Positions 18,690-27,697 of a stretch of 64,000 nucleotides of DNA are shown piece by piece. The DNA is taken from assembly GCA_902518955.1 (NCBI GenBank), contig CABYIR010000002.1:48891-112890 (forward strand), written 5' to 3'. The notes beneath the pieces were generated by a model. That model was not told where the DNA came from and searched no databases. It worked only from the letters and a program-made list of their open reading frames with translations. Position numbers and translations under genes: made by a program. Source of the stretch: an uncultured Pelagibacteraceae bacterium. GTDB lineage: Bacteria; Pseudomonadota; Alphaproteobacteria; Pelagibacterales; AG-422-B15. Position 1 is the stretch's first letter; each line of letters starts with the position of its first letter.

Positions 18690-19504
18690 TTGTTTATTTT
18701 AATGGTAAATACATAGATGAAAATAAAGTTTCACTTAGCATTAAAGACAGAGGATTTCTTCTTGGGGATGGTGTATTTGAAACAATTTTGTATAAAAATA
18801 AAAAATTAATTTTTTTTGATTTACATACTAAGAGACTAAAAAAATCACTCAAAAGAATTTTTATAAATTTTAATGAATCTAAAAGCAGTCTTAGTAATAA
18901 AATAAATAATTTAATTAAACGTAATAATTTAGAAAATGATAATCTTTCCATTAGAATTACAATCACACGTGGAAATTCTGAAAGAGGTATAGATATTTTA
19001 CCAAATTCAAATGCCTTTTTATTGATTACATCATCAAAAATTAAAAATAATCTGAGGATGAAACCTCTCAAACTCAGTATTTCAAATATATTAAGAAATG
19101 AAACATCTATTACTTCACAATACAAAACAACAAATTATTTAGATAATATAGTTGCTAAACATGAAGCAATTAAAAGTAAATTTGATGATGCTTTATTAAT
19201 AAATACTAAAAATAATATTTGCTGCTCTTCAACATCTAATTTCTTTTATCGTGAAGATAAAAGAATATTTACACCTCCTATTGAAGACGGAGTTTTAGAT
19301 GGAACAATTAGAGAAATTCTAATTGCAAAAAGAAAAGTTGCAGTTAAATCAATAAAATTGAGTAATCTTACAAATTGTAAAGAAGTCTTTATTACCAATA
19401 GCTTATTTGGTATAAGACCAGTTGAAAAAATCGAAAAATTTAATTTCAATATTGGTCCAGATACATATGATATTGATAAATTTTTGTCTAATTTGGGGAT
19501 GTAA
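18686..19504 (+). CDS. pabC: aminodeoxychorismate lyase / class IV aminotransferase fold
   Basis: 272 aa with class IV fold features (GFLLGDGVFET). 4-nt overlap with pabB. Confidence 0.7.
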   Translation: MIVYFNGKYIDENKVSLSIKDRGFLLGDGVFETILYKNKKLIFFDLHTKRLKKSLKRIFINFNESKSSLSNKINNLIKRNNLENDNLSIRITITRGNSERGIDILPNSNAFLLITSSKIKNNLRMKPLKLSISNILRNETSITSQYKTTNYLDNIVAKHEAIKSKFDDALLINTKNNICCSSTSNFFYREDKRIFTPPIEDGVLDGTIREILIAKRKVAVKSIKLSNLTNCKEVFITNSLFGIRPVEKIEKFNFNIGPDTYDIDKFLSNLGM

Positions 19505-19515
19505 ACGTAATTATA

Positions 19516-21303
19516 ATGTTTAGTACTATTGCTCGAGAATATAAGTATATTCGTTTCTTTGTTAAGTTACTTGGACGTTCCAAAAAGCTTGATAAGAATA
19601 AATCGCTGACTGTTCCAGATATGATAGAGGAGTCAATTGATAAATTTCCAAATAATATTGCAATTGAGTTTGAGGATAAGTCATATACCTATTTAGATTT
19701 AGATAAAGAGTCAAATCAGGTTGCCAATTGGGCTATAAAAAAAGGCTACAAAACGGGAGATGTTGTAGCCTTATTAATGGAAAATAAGCCTGAATTTATT
19801 TTTATATGGCTTGGTTTATCAAAGCTAGGAATTACAATCGCTTGCTTGAATAATAATATCAAAAGTAAATCACTTGCTCATTGCATTCAAACCTCTAAAA
19901 GTAAAAGCTTAATTTTAAGCTCTGACCTAATTGATAATTACTCTTCAGCTGAAGATTTAATTGATGACCAACTTTCAGTTTATGTGAGTGGAGATAAAGT
20001 TCAAGGTTTTGAGAATATTGATGATGATAATGAAAAAAATACTAATCGTCCAAATTCATCTATAAGAAAGACTCTTACAAATAGTGAGTCATTATTTTAT
20101 ATCTATACTAGTGGTACTACTGGCCTTCCTAAGGCCTCAAATTTCAGCCACCAAAAATTTGCAGTAGGTTCAGGATTGCAAATGTTCTCTTTAAATATGA
20201 AATCAACTGATAAGACGTATCTAGTTCTCCCTCTTTATCACGCGACTGGAGGCGTTGTAGGTTTAGGTTCTACTTTATTCACTGGTGGTACAGTTGTTTT
20301 AAGAAAAAAATTTTCTGTTGAAAAATTTTGGGAAGATTGTGCAAAATATAAAGTTACAGTTATTACTTATATTGGTGAACTATTTAGATATCTTATATCA
20401 GCTCCAAAAAATGAATTTGAGAAGCAACATAATATAAGAGGTATGTACGGAAACGGTTTAAGACCCGATGTATGGAAAGTAGTACAAGATAGATTTGGAA
20501 TTAATAACATAATTGAATTCTATGGAGCTTCAGAGGGAAATGTTTCGTTGACAAATGTTGATAGTCGTTTTGGTTCAATAGGAAGAATTCCCCCATACGC
20601 AAAAAATGCTTTACCTACCAAAATAGTTAAATTTGATGTTGTAAATGAAAAAGTAGTGAGAAATGAAGATGGTTTTTGCATAGAATGTGAGAATGATGAA
20701 GCGGGAGAAGTGATTGGCCTTATCCCAAATGAAGATAAGTTTTCTGGTAAGTTTGAGGGATATACTGATAAAGAGGCAACAGAAAAGAAAATATTGAAAG
20801 ATGTTTTTGAAAAAGGAGATCAATGGTTTTCTTCGGGAGATTTATTAAAGCGTGACAAGGATGGATATTATTACTTTGTCGATAGGATTGGAGATACATT
20901 TAGATGGAAGTCTGAAAATGTAGCAACGAGCGAAGTTAGTGAGGCAATTTCTACTTTTGCAGGCGTCAAAGAAGCAAATGTTTATGGAGTTTTAGTGCCA
21001 GGTGAAGATGGAAGAGCGGGCATGGCCTCGATAGTGCCTGGTGAGGAATTCTCAATCAACGGTTTATATGAGCATCTTTCACAACATCTTCCAAAATATT
21101 CGATTCCAGTATTTATAAGAATATCAAAAGAAATTGAAGTAACAGGTACTTTTAAGTATAAAAAAACTGATTTAGTAAAAGACGGCTTTGATCCATCAGT
21201 TGTAAAAGATCAAATGTATTATGCGTCGACAAGTGAAAATGATTATATGAATCTTGATGACAATGTTTTTAAAAAGATCTCTGATCACGAACTGAAGCTA
21301 TAA
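19516..21303 (+). CDS. long-chain acyl-CoA synthetase (FATP/FadD6-like AMP-binding enzyme)
   Basis: 595 aa with the AMP-binding motif YIYTSGTTGLPKA and the FATP-like motif DRIGDTFRWKSENV. Confidence 0.8.
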   Translation: MFSTIAREYKYIRFFVKLLGRSKKLDKNKSLTVPDMIEESIDKFPNNIAIEFEDKSYTYLDLDKESNQVANWAIKKGYKTGDVVALLMENKPEFIFIWLGLSKLGITIACLNNNIKSKSLAHCIQTSKSKSLILSSDLIDNYSSAEDLIDDQLSVYVSGDKVQGFENIDDDNEKNTNRPNSSIRKTLTNSESLFYIYTSGTTGLPKASNFSHQKFAVGSGLQMFSLNMKSTDKTYLVLPLYHATGGVVGLGSTLFTGGTVVLRKKFSVEKFWEDCAKYKVTVITYIGELFRYLISAPKNEFEKQHNIRGMYGNGLRPDVWKVVQDRFGINNIIEFYGASEGNVSLTNVDSRFGSIGRIPPYAKNALPTKIVKFDVVNEKVVRNEDGFCIECENDEAGEVIGLIPNEDKFSGKFEGYTDKEATEKKILKDVFEKGDQWFSSGDLLKRDKDGYYYFVDRIGDTFRWKSENVATSEVSEAISTFAGVKEANVYGVLVPGEDGRAGMASIVPGEEFSINGLYEHLSQHLPKYSIPVFIRISKEIEVTGTFKYKKTDLVKDGFDPSVVKDQMYYASTSENDYMNLDDNVFKKISDHELKL

Positions 21304-21323
21304 TTTTAAAAGAAAAACAACAC

Positions 21324-22256
21324 TTGAAAAAAGAAATTCATTTAATATCTCCTAGAGGATTTTGTGCTGGCGTAACGAGAGCTATTGATGTTGTTAATAT
21401 AGCATTAGAAAAGTATGGGTCTCCCGTTTATGTCAAACATGAGATAGTTCACAACAAGTCAGTTATCGAAGAGTTAAAACTAAAAGGAGCTGTATTTATT
21501 GAAGATATAAAAGATGTACCACAAGGTGCTCCACTCATTTTTTCAGCACACGGTGTTTCAAAACTAGTTGTTCAGGAGGCAAATGAGAAGAAGGCTATTA
21601 CCATAGATGCTACTTGCCCTCTTGTAACTAAAGTTCATGTTCAAGCAAAAAAATTTAGTGCCCAAGGTTATCATATTTTCTTGATAGGCCATCGTAACCA
21701 TCCTGAGGTTGAGGGCACTCTAGGTCAAATAGATCCTTCAGAAATCACGCTTATTGAAAATACAAATGACGTTTCACTTTTAAAAACAAATTTTGAAAAA
21801 GTTGCTTTTGTTACACAAACCACTTTATCCGTTGATGATACAAAAGAAATAATTAATCAATTAAAGATCAAATTTCCAAAAATAGTATCCTCAGCAAAAG
21901 AAGATATTTGTTATGCGACCACAAATAGACAAAATGCGATCAAAAAATATGCAATTGGTTGTGACAAATTCATTGTGGTTGGATCAAGAAATTCATCAAA
22001 TTCTAGTCGACTTGTTGATGTAGCAATTAATGCAGGTTGTTCAGATGCAGTTTTGTTAGACAGTAAAGACGAGTTGGATTTAGATCTTTATGAAAATGCA
22101 AAAGTTATAGGCATCTCTTCTGGCGCATCTGTTCCTGAAGATTTAGTTTTAGATATAGTGGAGAAATTTAAGAGTAAATACGATGTAGAAATTAAAAATT
22201 TTGAACTTCAGAAAGAAACAGTATCATTTAATCTTCCAAAAAATATAAGGAGATGA
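21324..22256 (+). CDS. ispH: 4-hydroxy-3-methylbut-2-enyl diphosphate reductase
   Basis: 310 aa with PRGFCAGVTRAI near the N-terminus. Apparent TTG start; there is no nearby in-frame ATG. Confidence 0.92.
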   Translation: MKKEIHLISPRGFCAGVTRAIDVVNIALEKYGSPVYVKHEIVHNKSVIEELKLKGAVFIEDIKDVPQGAPLIFSAHGVSKLVVQEANEKKAITIDATCPLVTKVHVQAKKFSAQGYHIFLIGHRNHPEVEGTLGQIDPSEITLIENTNDVSLLKTNFEKVAFVTQTTLSVDDTKEIINQLKIKFPKIVSSAKEDICYATTNRQNAIKKYAIGCDKFIVVGSRNSSNSSRLVDVAINAGCSDAVLLDSKDELDLDLYENAKVIGISSGASVPEDLVLDIVEKFKSKYDVEIKNFELQKETVSFNLPKNIRR

Positions 22257-22696
22257 ATGATATAACTCAACTAAATTGGGATTATCAGAATCCTCATTAT
22301 CTAAAATTTATAGTTGAAAGCAAGCACATAGACATCTTAGGACATGTAAATAATAAAGTTTACTTAGATTGGAGTGAAATTGTAAGTTGGAGTCACTCTA
22401 AGTCATTGGGAATAACTCCTGAGATATATCTTAAATTAAAATGCGCTTGCGTTGTTGTAGAGAATAAAATTGAATATGTTGGTTCATTATTTGAAGATGA
22501 TGAGATCGCAATATCTACTTGGATTACCAGAACAGATTCAAAAATAAGACTTAGTAGATTATTTCAGATTATTAGAATATCTGACAATAAAACGATTTTT
22601 CGTTCTAATGTAAATTATGTTTGTATTAGCCTAGAAAATTTTAAGCCAAAAAAAATGCCCCAATTATTTAGGGACTCTTATAAAGTTACCACATAA
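22253..22696 (+). CDS. hotdog-fold acyl-CoA thioesterase (4HBT/YbgC-like)
   Basis: 147 aa with a GHVNNKVYLDW motif. 4-nt overlap with ispH. Confidence 0.65.
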   Translation: MNDITQLNWDYQNPHYLKFIVESKHIDILGHVNNKVYLDWSEIVSWSHSKSLGITPEIYLKLKCACVVVENKIEYVGSLFEDDEIAISTWITRTDSKIRLSRLFQIIRISDNKTIFRSNVNYVCISLENFKPKKMPQLFRDSYKVTT

Positions 22697-23184
22697 TGCA
22701 GGTAAAAGAGGTTAATATTGATGATTTATCGACAATAAGAGTAATTAACGATGACGCAATACCAGCTGTAAACTCCGTATCTGAAAAAGAATTTATTTGG
22801 TTTCATAAAAATTCGATCTATTTTAAAAAAGTTACGTTAAATGAAATTTTAGCTGGATTTTTATTAGTATTGCCAATGAATATTCCTTATAAAAGTCTAA
22901 ACTATAGCTGGTTTTCTGAAAGATATAATAATTTTGCTTATATAGATCGAATTGCAGTTAAAGAGGAATTTAAAAGCTCTGGTATAGGAACATTGCTCTA
23001 CACAGACTTAGAAAAATCGTTGCCGAATGAGATAAAAATGATTGCGTGTGAGTATAATATCAAGCCACTAAATATGATCTCAGAAAATTTTCATCAAAAG
23101 ATGGCATATAAAAATGTTGGAACCCATCTTACTGAAAATGATACAAAACAAGTTTCCTTGATGGTAAAAGAAATAAATGTCTGA
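22696..23184 (+). CDS. GNAT family N-acetyltransferase
   Basis: 162 aa with a GNAT-like acetyl-CoA motif region (IAVKEEFKSSGIGTLLY). Confidence 0.55.
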   Translation: MQVKEVNIDDLSTIRVINDDAIPAVNSVSEKEFIWFHKNSIYFKKVTLNEILAGFLLVLPMNIPYKSLNYSWFSERYNNFAYIDRIAVKEEFKSSGIGTLLYTDLEKSLPNEIKMIACEYNIKPLNMISENFHQKMAYKNVGTHLTENDTKQVSLMVKEINV

Positions 23185-24286
23185 AAATACTTACGATGCA
23201 GTAATAATTGGAGCAGGGGTTATTGGCCTTGCAATATCAAGAAAATTAGCTCAAGAAGGAAAAGATGTTCTGATTATTGAAGAACAGCAACTAATTGGAT
23301 CTGTTACAAGTTCACGAAATAGTGGGGTTATTCACGCAGGTGTTTATTACGATAAGGACTCTTTAAAGGCTAAGTTTTGTCCTGATGGTAATAGAAGAAT
23401 GTATGAGTACTGTGTATCAAGATCTGTACCACATTTAAATACTGGTAAATTTATTGTGGCTACATCCAATAATGAAATTGAAAAATTAGAAGCAATTTAT
23501 GACCAAGCAAAAAGTGTAGGTGTTATAGACATTGAAAAAGTTTCAGGTAATCACGTATCAAATGTAGAGCCTTTGGTTAAATGTGTTGAAGGTCTATATG
23601 TTCCATCCTCAGGGATAGTAGATACATCTGCATTGATGAGATCCTATTTAGGAGATATTGAGGATAGAGGAGGCATGGTAAGTTATAATACTTTTTTAAA
23701 ATGTGCTGACTTGAAAGATAATTTATTTGAAATTATAGTAACTCAAAATAATGAAGAGATTGAGATTAATTCTCATATTTTAATAAATGCTTCTGGAATT
23801 TTTGCTGAAAAAGTAGCTAATAATTTTTTATTTTTAGATAAGTCAAATATTCCAAAAACATATTTTGCTAAAGGAAACTATTTCGAAACAGGAAAAAATC
23901 TTGGGATAAAGCATTTAATATACCCTGTACCAAATGAGGCTAGTCTTGGTTTACACTTGGGCTTTGATATGGGCATGACTGTACGATTCGGACCAGATGT
24001 TGAATGGACTGATGAAATTAATTATACTGTTGATGCTGACAGGGAAGAAATATTCTATAATGATATAGTAAAATATATACCTTCTATCGATCGTTCATTG
24101 CTAAAACCAGGATATTCAGGAATTAGACCAAAACTTAAAAATCAAGGTGAGGGTAAAAGCGATTTTAAAATAGATTGCGTAAAACAACATGGAATAGATA
24201 ATTTAATTAATCTTTTTGGTATGGAGTCACCCGGTCTTACATCATCACTTGTCATAGCAGATTATGTAAGTGATTTAGTGAATTAG
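23177..24286 (+). CDS. FAD-dependent oxidoreductase (L-2-hydroxyglutarate oxidase-like)
   Basis: 369 aa with the N-terminal dinucleotide motif VIIGAGVIGLA and DAO-family layout. Confidence 0.75.
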   Translation: MSENTYDAVIIGAGVIGLAISRKLAQEGKDVLIIEEQQLIGSVTSSRNSGVIHAGVYYDKDSLKAKFCPDGNRRMYEYCVSRSVPHLNTGKFIVATSNNEIEKLEAIYDQAKSVGVIDIEKVSGNHVSNVEPLVKCVEGLYVPSSGIVDTSALMRSYLGDIEDRGGMVSYNTFLKCADLKDNLFEIIVTQNNEEIEINSHILINASGIFAEKVANNFLFLDKSNIPKTYFAKGNYFETGKNLGIKHLIYPVPNEASLGLHLGFDMGMTVRFGPDVEWTDEINYTVDADREEIFYNDIVKYIPSIDRSLLKPGYSGIRPKLKNQGEGKSDFKIDCVKQHGIDNLINLFGMESPGLTSSLVIADYVSDLVN

Positions 24287-25146
24287 GAAAACAGGTCTAT
24301 ATCCGTGTTATTTGAAATATAGGACTTCATTTTCATCATTGCACTTTTTTCGATTTGTCTAACTCTTTCCTTAGAAATATTGAGCTTTATTCCAAGAGTT
24401 TCTAAGGTTTGAGAATTTTCTTCAAGATGTCTATTTCTTATAATTTGTATTTCACGATCATCAAGTATTTCAAGAGCGTGTCCAATTAATTTCTTCTTAA
24501 ATTCAACTTCATCTTTATTGAAAATCTTATCATCAGGTCTCGCATCCTCATCCTCAATCAAACTTAAGAATTCTTCCTCGCCATCATCGCTTATTTTATG
24601 GTTCAGTGAGCTATCATTTTGAGATAGACGATTGTCCATCTTTATTACATCTGAAGTAGAAATATCTAAACTTTGAGCAAGGCCGTGAGCAGTTTGATAG
24701 TCAATCGTGCCATTTTCAGTACTTTTAATTTTTTGCTTTAATTTCCTTAAATTAAAAAACAAACTTTTTTGTTTTGAAGTTGATGCAATTCTTACAAGAG
24801 ACCAGTTTTTCAAGACAAAATCTTGTATTGCTGCTCTGATCCACCAACCAGCATATGTTGAGAATCTTACTTCCTTAGAAAGCTCAAACCTTTCAGCTGC
24901 TTTCATTAGACCAATGTTACCCTCTTGAATCAAATCACTAACGTTCAGGCCATAATTCTTGTATTTCATTGCAAATGCGATCACTAACCTAATATGAGAT
25001 TGAGTTAGCTTATGTAAAGCCTTTTCATCCCTTTTGGTAAGCCATTTTTTAGCAAGCGACTTTTCATCTTGTTCCTCTAAGAGAGGGATAGACATAGCTT
25101 GCTTAATAAAATTTTTTGTATCGTTTAAGTCATCAAAATTTGCCAT
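24283..25146 (-). CDS. rpoH: RNA polymerase sigma-32 (heat shock sigma factor)
   Basis: RpoH box SKQKSLFFNLRKLK plus sigma-70 regions 2 and 4. I set the start at ATG 25146; the track used an upstream TTG at 25182. Confidence 0.88.
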   Translation of the reverse strand: MANFDDLNDTKNFIKQAMSIPLLEEQDEKSLAKKWLTKRDEKALHKLTQSHIRLVIAFAMKYKNYGLNVSDLIQEGNIGLMKAAERFELSKEVRFSTYAGWWIRAAIQDFVLKNWSLVRIASTSKQKSLFFNLRKLKQKIKSTENGTIDYQTAHGLAQSLDISTSDVIKMDNRLSQNDSSLNHKISDDGEEEFLSLIEDEDARPDDKIFNKDEVEFKKKLIGHALEILDDREIQIIRNRHLEENSQTLETLGIKLNISKERVRQIEKSAMMKMKSYISNNTDIDLFS

Positions 25147-25272
25147 ATCGCAATATCTACAGATAAGTTTTGAATAATCCAATTAAAAGAAACAAAATAC
25201 CACTTTAAAAATTGCCAATATGACATAGGTAATTAAATTAGATATAAAAAAAACTAATAGATTCAATAAAAT

Positions 25273-26691
25273 ATGAGTTTTAGTAAAAGCCCTGTCATTT
25301 ATTGGTTACGCGAAGATTTCAGGATTCATGATAACTTGGCACTAACTGAAGCTGCAAAAGATAATAAAAATTTGATACTTGTTTATTTTAGTAATTATTT
25401 AGATAAACAGCCAGGATCAGCTGAGAAAGTTTGGATTAATAATAGTTTTTTAGAAATCACTAAAAAATATCATGAAATTTATGGATTAAATATTCAGTGT
25501 TATGATGGTGATCCAATTCAATATTTAGATGATTTACATAAAAATTTTGGTGTTTCGGAAATATATATTAACGAAGTCTTTGATCCCAGAACCAAAAAAA
25601 AAGATGAAAAAATAAAGAAGTACTTTACAGACCAAATCATTTTTAAAACATACAACTCTCATCTCTTGTTTGATCCGGAGGAAATTAAAAATAATGCAGG
25701 ATCGTATTTCAAGGTTTACTCTCCTTTTTGGAGAAATTGTTTATCAAAACTTATAATTCGTAAACCTCTTAGGCCCCCTAAAAAAATTAATGTTTTTCAA
25801 GATAAGCGTCTTAAAGGTATTCATGATCTGTCATTCAATCAATATTTATGGGCAGATAAGCTATTTAAGTACTTCACTCCGGGAGAAAATGCAGCCAGAT
25901 TAAAGCTAAAAGAGCTGGGTAATTTGATTAAAGGCTATTCAATTAATCGAGATTTTCCAAATAAGGATTCAACCTCAAAGTTTTCAATGTATTTTGCTCG
26001 TGGTGAATTATCAGTAAATGAGGTGATGTTTCATTTAATAAAAAATAAGGCAAAAATAAATAAAGACGATTACATCAAATTTTCTTCTCAAATTGGATGG
26101 AGGGAATTTTCTTACAATATTTTATATAATTTTCCTAACTTACCTCAAAGGAACTTTAATCAAAAGTTTGATAATTTTGAATGGGAAGGCAATAAAAAAA
26201 ATTTTACTTTATGGAAATCAGGACAAACTGGTTTTCCCATAGTGGACGCTGGAATGAGAGAACTTTACGAAACAGGCTATATGCATAATAGAGTTAGGAT
26301 GATTACAGCATCTTTCTTAGTTAAAGATTTACTTATTGATTGGAGACTAGGAAGAAAATGGTTTGAAGAAACTCTTATAGATCATGATATAGCTAATAAC
26401 TCGGCAGGTTGGCAATGGGTCGCTGGCAGTGGGACAGATGCTGCGCCATACTTCAGAATTTTTAACCCCTCACTTCAAAGTGAACGATTTGATAAAGAAG
26501 GAAATTATATAAAAAAATGGATTCCTGAACTGAAAGATTTACCAGCAAAGCTTATTCATTCTCCTTGGAAATTTCATGTGTCAGATCTTAAAAAATATAA
26601 TATAGAACTAGGAAAAACATACCCATATCCTATAATTGATCATAGCAAAGCAAGGGATAAAGCATTGATGCTTTACAAGAAATTAAAATGA
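25273..26691 (+). CDS. phrB: deoxyribodipyrimidine photolyase
   Basis: 472 aa with TGFPIVDAGMRELYETGYMHNRVRM and WQWVAGSGTDAAPYFRIFNP. Confidence 0.9.
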   Translation: MSFSKSPVIYWLREDFRIHDNLALTEAAKDNKNLILVYFSNYLDKQPGSAEKVWINNSFLEITKKYHEIYGLNIQCYDGDPIQYLDDLHKNFGVSEIYINEVFDPRTKKKDEKIKKYFTDQIIFKTYNSHLLFDPEEIKNNAGSYFKVYSPFWRNCLSKLIIRKPLRPPKKINVFQDKRLKGIHDLSFNQYLWADKLFKYFTPGENAARLKLKELGNLIKGYSINRDFPNKDSTSKFSMYFARGELSVNEVMFHLIKNKAKINKDDYIKFSSQIGWREFSYNILYNFPNLPQRNFNQKFDNFEWEGNKKNFTLWKSGQTGFPIVDAGMRELYETGYMHNRVRMITASFLVKDLLIDWRLGRKWFEETLIDHDIANNSAGWQWVAGSGTDAAPYFRIFNPSLQSERFDKEGNYIKKWIPELKDLPAKLIHSPWKFHVSDLKKYNIELGKTYPYPIIDHSKARDKALMLYKKLK

Positions 26692-27029
26692 CAAAAGAAA
26701 TAATCAATTTTGAGGATTTCCTTAAGATTGATATTAGAGTTGGTACCATACTCGAGGCATCAATAAATAAAAAAGCTAGAAAACCAGCTTATGTTTTAAA
26801 AATTGATTTTGGCTCAGAAATAGGTATTAAACACAGTTCGGCACAGGTAACTAATTATTCAGAGGTAGAGCTAATAAATAAAAAAATTGTGGCTATTTGC
26901 AATTTTGAAAAAAAGAACATTGCTGGGATTGTATCTGAGGTTCTAATTTTAGGCTCTATAGATGAAATGAATTTAGTTCATCTAATATCTGCAAGTGATG
27001 ATGCTAAAAATGGTGACTATATTGCATAA
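26688..27029 (+). CDS. csaA: tRNA-binding (CsaA/EMAP-type OB-fold) protein
   Basis: 113 aa with FxKxDIRVGTI near the N-terminus, typical of CsaA/Trbp111. ATGA overlap with phrB. Confidence 0.75.
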   Translation: MTKEIINFEDFLKIDIRVGTILEASINKKARKPAYVLKIDFGSEIGIKHSSAQVTNYSEVELINKKIVAICNFEKKNIAGIVSEVLILGSIDEMNLVHLISASDDAKNGDYIA

Positions 27030-27034
27030 AGACA

Positions 27035-27111
27035 TGGTGCGCTCGAGATGATTCGAACATCCGACCCCAGGATTAGGAATCCTGTGCTCTATCCAACTGA
27101 GCTACGAGCGC
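27035..27111 (-). tRNA. tRNA-Arg (anticodon CCT)
   Basis: The reverse complement reads GCGCTCG-TA-GCTCAGTTGGATAGAGC-A-CAGGA-TTCCTAA-TCCTG-...-TTCGAAT-...-CGAGCGC-A-CCA. 77 nt, cloverleaf intact. Confidence 0.92.
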
Positions 27112-27204
27112 AAAAAAAATAATTTTATTTATAAAAAAAATTTAATTTATTTTTTTAAAAATTTATAAAATAAAATTTTTTTTTTAAATTTTTTTTAAAA
27201 AAAA
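27112..27204. other. 93-nt tract made only of A and T
   Basis: Read directly: no G or C occurs between the tRNA-Arg 5' end (27111) and the C at 27205. The tract consists of phased A-runs and T-runs. Confidence 0.9.
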
Positions 27205-27300
27205 CTAATAAACATAACAAGTTAAGAAATTTAACTAATATTTAATTATAATTAAATTATTCTTTATATTTTGAATTTATTTTTGAAAATTTCCCAAAAA

Positions 27301-27329
27301 TTGACACTTTTTAATAAAAAGTTAAAAAT
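27301..27329 (+). promoter_or_regulatory. candidate sigma-70 promoter for the H1-like gene
   Basis: Perfect TTGACA at 27301-27306 and an A/T-rich -10-like hexamer (AAAAAT) 17 nt downstream. A GGGGAG Shine-Dalgarno sits at 27387-27392, 6 nt before the ATG. Confidence 0.35.
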
Positions 27330-27398
27330 TGTAACAGAACGAATCAATTTGATTCTATCTACTAACCTCTAACTAAACGCAAATGCGGGGAGAAAAAT

Positions 27399-27656
27399 AT
27401 GGAGGAACTAAAAATAATCTTTGCTAAAGCAAAGAAAAAAGCAAAGAAAAAAGCTGCACCGAAGAAAAGAAAAGCAGCTCCTAAGAAAAAGAAAAAAGCC
27501 GCTAAAAAAAAAAAAGCAGCTCCTAGGAGAAAAGCTAAAAGAAAAGCAGCTCCTAAGAAAAAGAAAAAAGCCGCTAAGAAAAAAAAGGCAGCTCCTAAAA
27601 GAAAAAACGCAGCTCCTAAGAAAAAGAAAAAAGCCGCTAAAAGAAAAAAAAGATAG
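27399..27656 (+). CDS. Lys/Ala/Pro-repeat histone-H1-like basic protein
   Basis: 85 aa, almost entirely AAPKK(K)/KKAAKKKK repeats after the N-terminus MEELKIIFAKAKKK. It has a strong SD, its own promoter-like element and a terminator. Confidence 0.7.
   Translation: MEELKIIFAKAKKKAKKKAAPKKRKAAPKKKKKAAKKKKAAPRRKAKRKAAPKKKKKAAKKKKAAPKRKNAAPKKKKKAAKRKKR
27474..27640 (+). repeat. intragenic tandem repeats in the H1-like gene
   Basis: An identical 32-nt unit, gcagctcctaagaaaaagaaaaaagccgctaa, starts at 27474, 27546 and 27609. Shorter gcagctcct copies lie in between. An A12 run spans 27504-27515. Confidence 0.85.
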
Positions 27657-27657
27657 T

Positions 27658-27687
27658 AAGCATTAATATTATTAATGCTTTTTTTTT
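27658..27687 (+). terminator. rho-independent terminator, possibly bidirectional
   Basis: Perfect hairpin aagcattaata-t-tattaatgctt at 27658-27680, followed by a T8 run. On the opposite strand the same hairpin is followed by a T-run after 6 nt. Confidence 0.65.
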
Positions 27688-27697
27688 GCGTCCTTAG

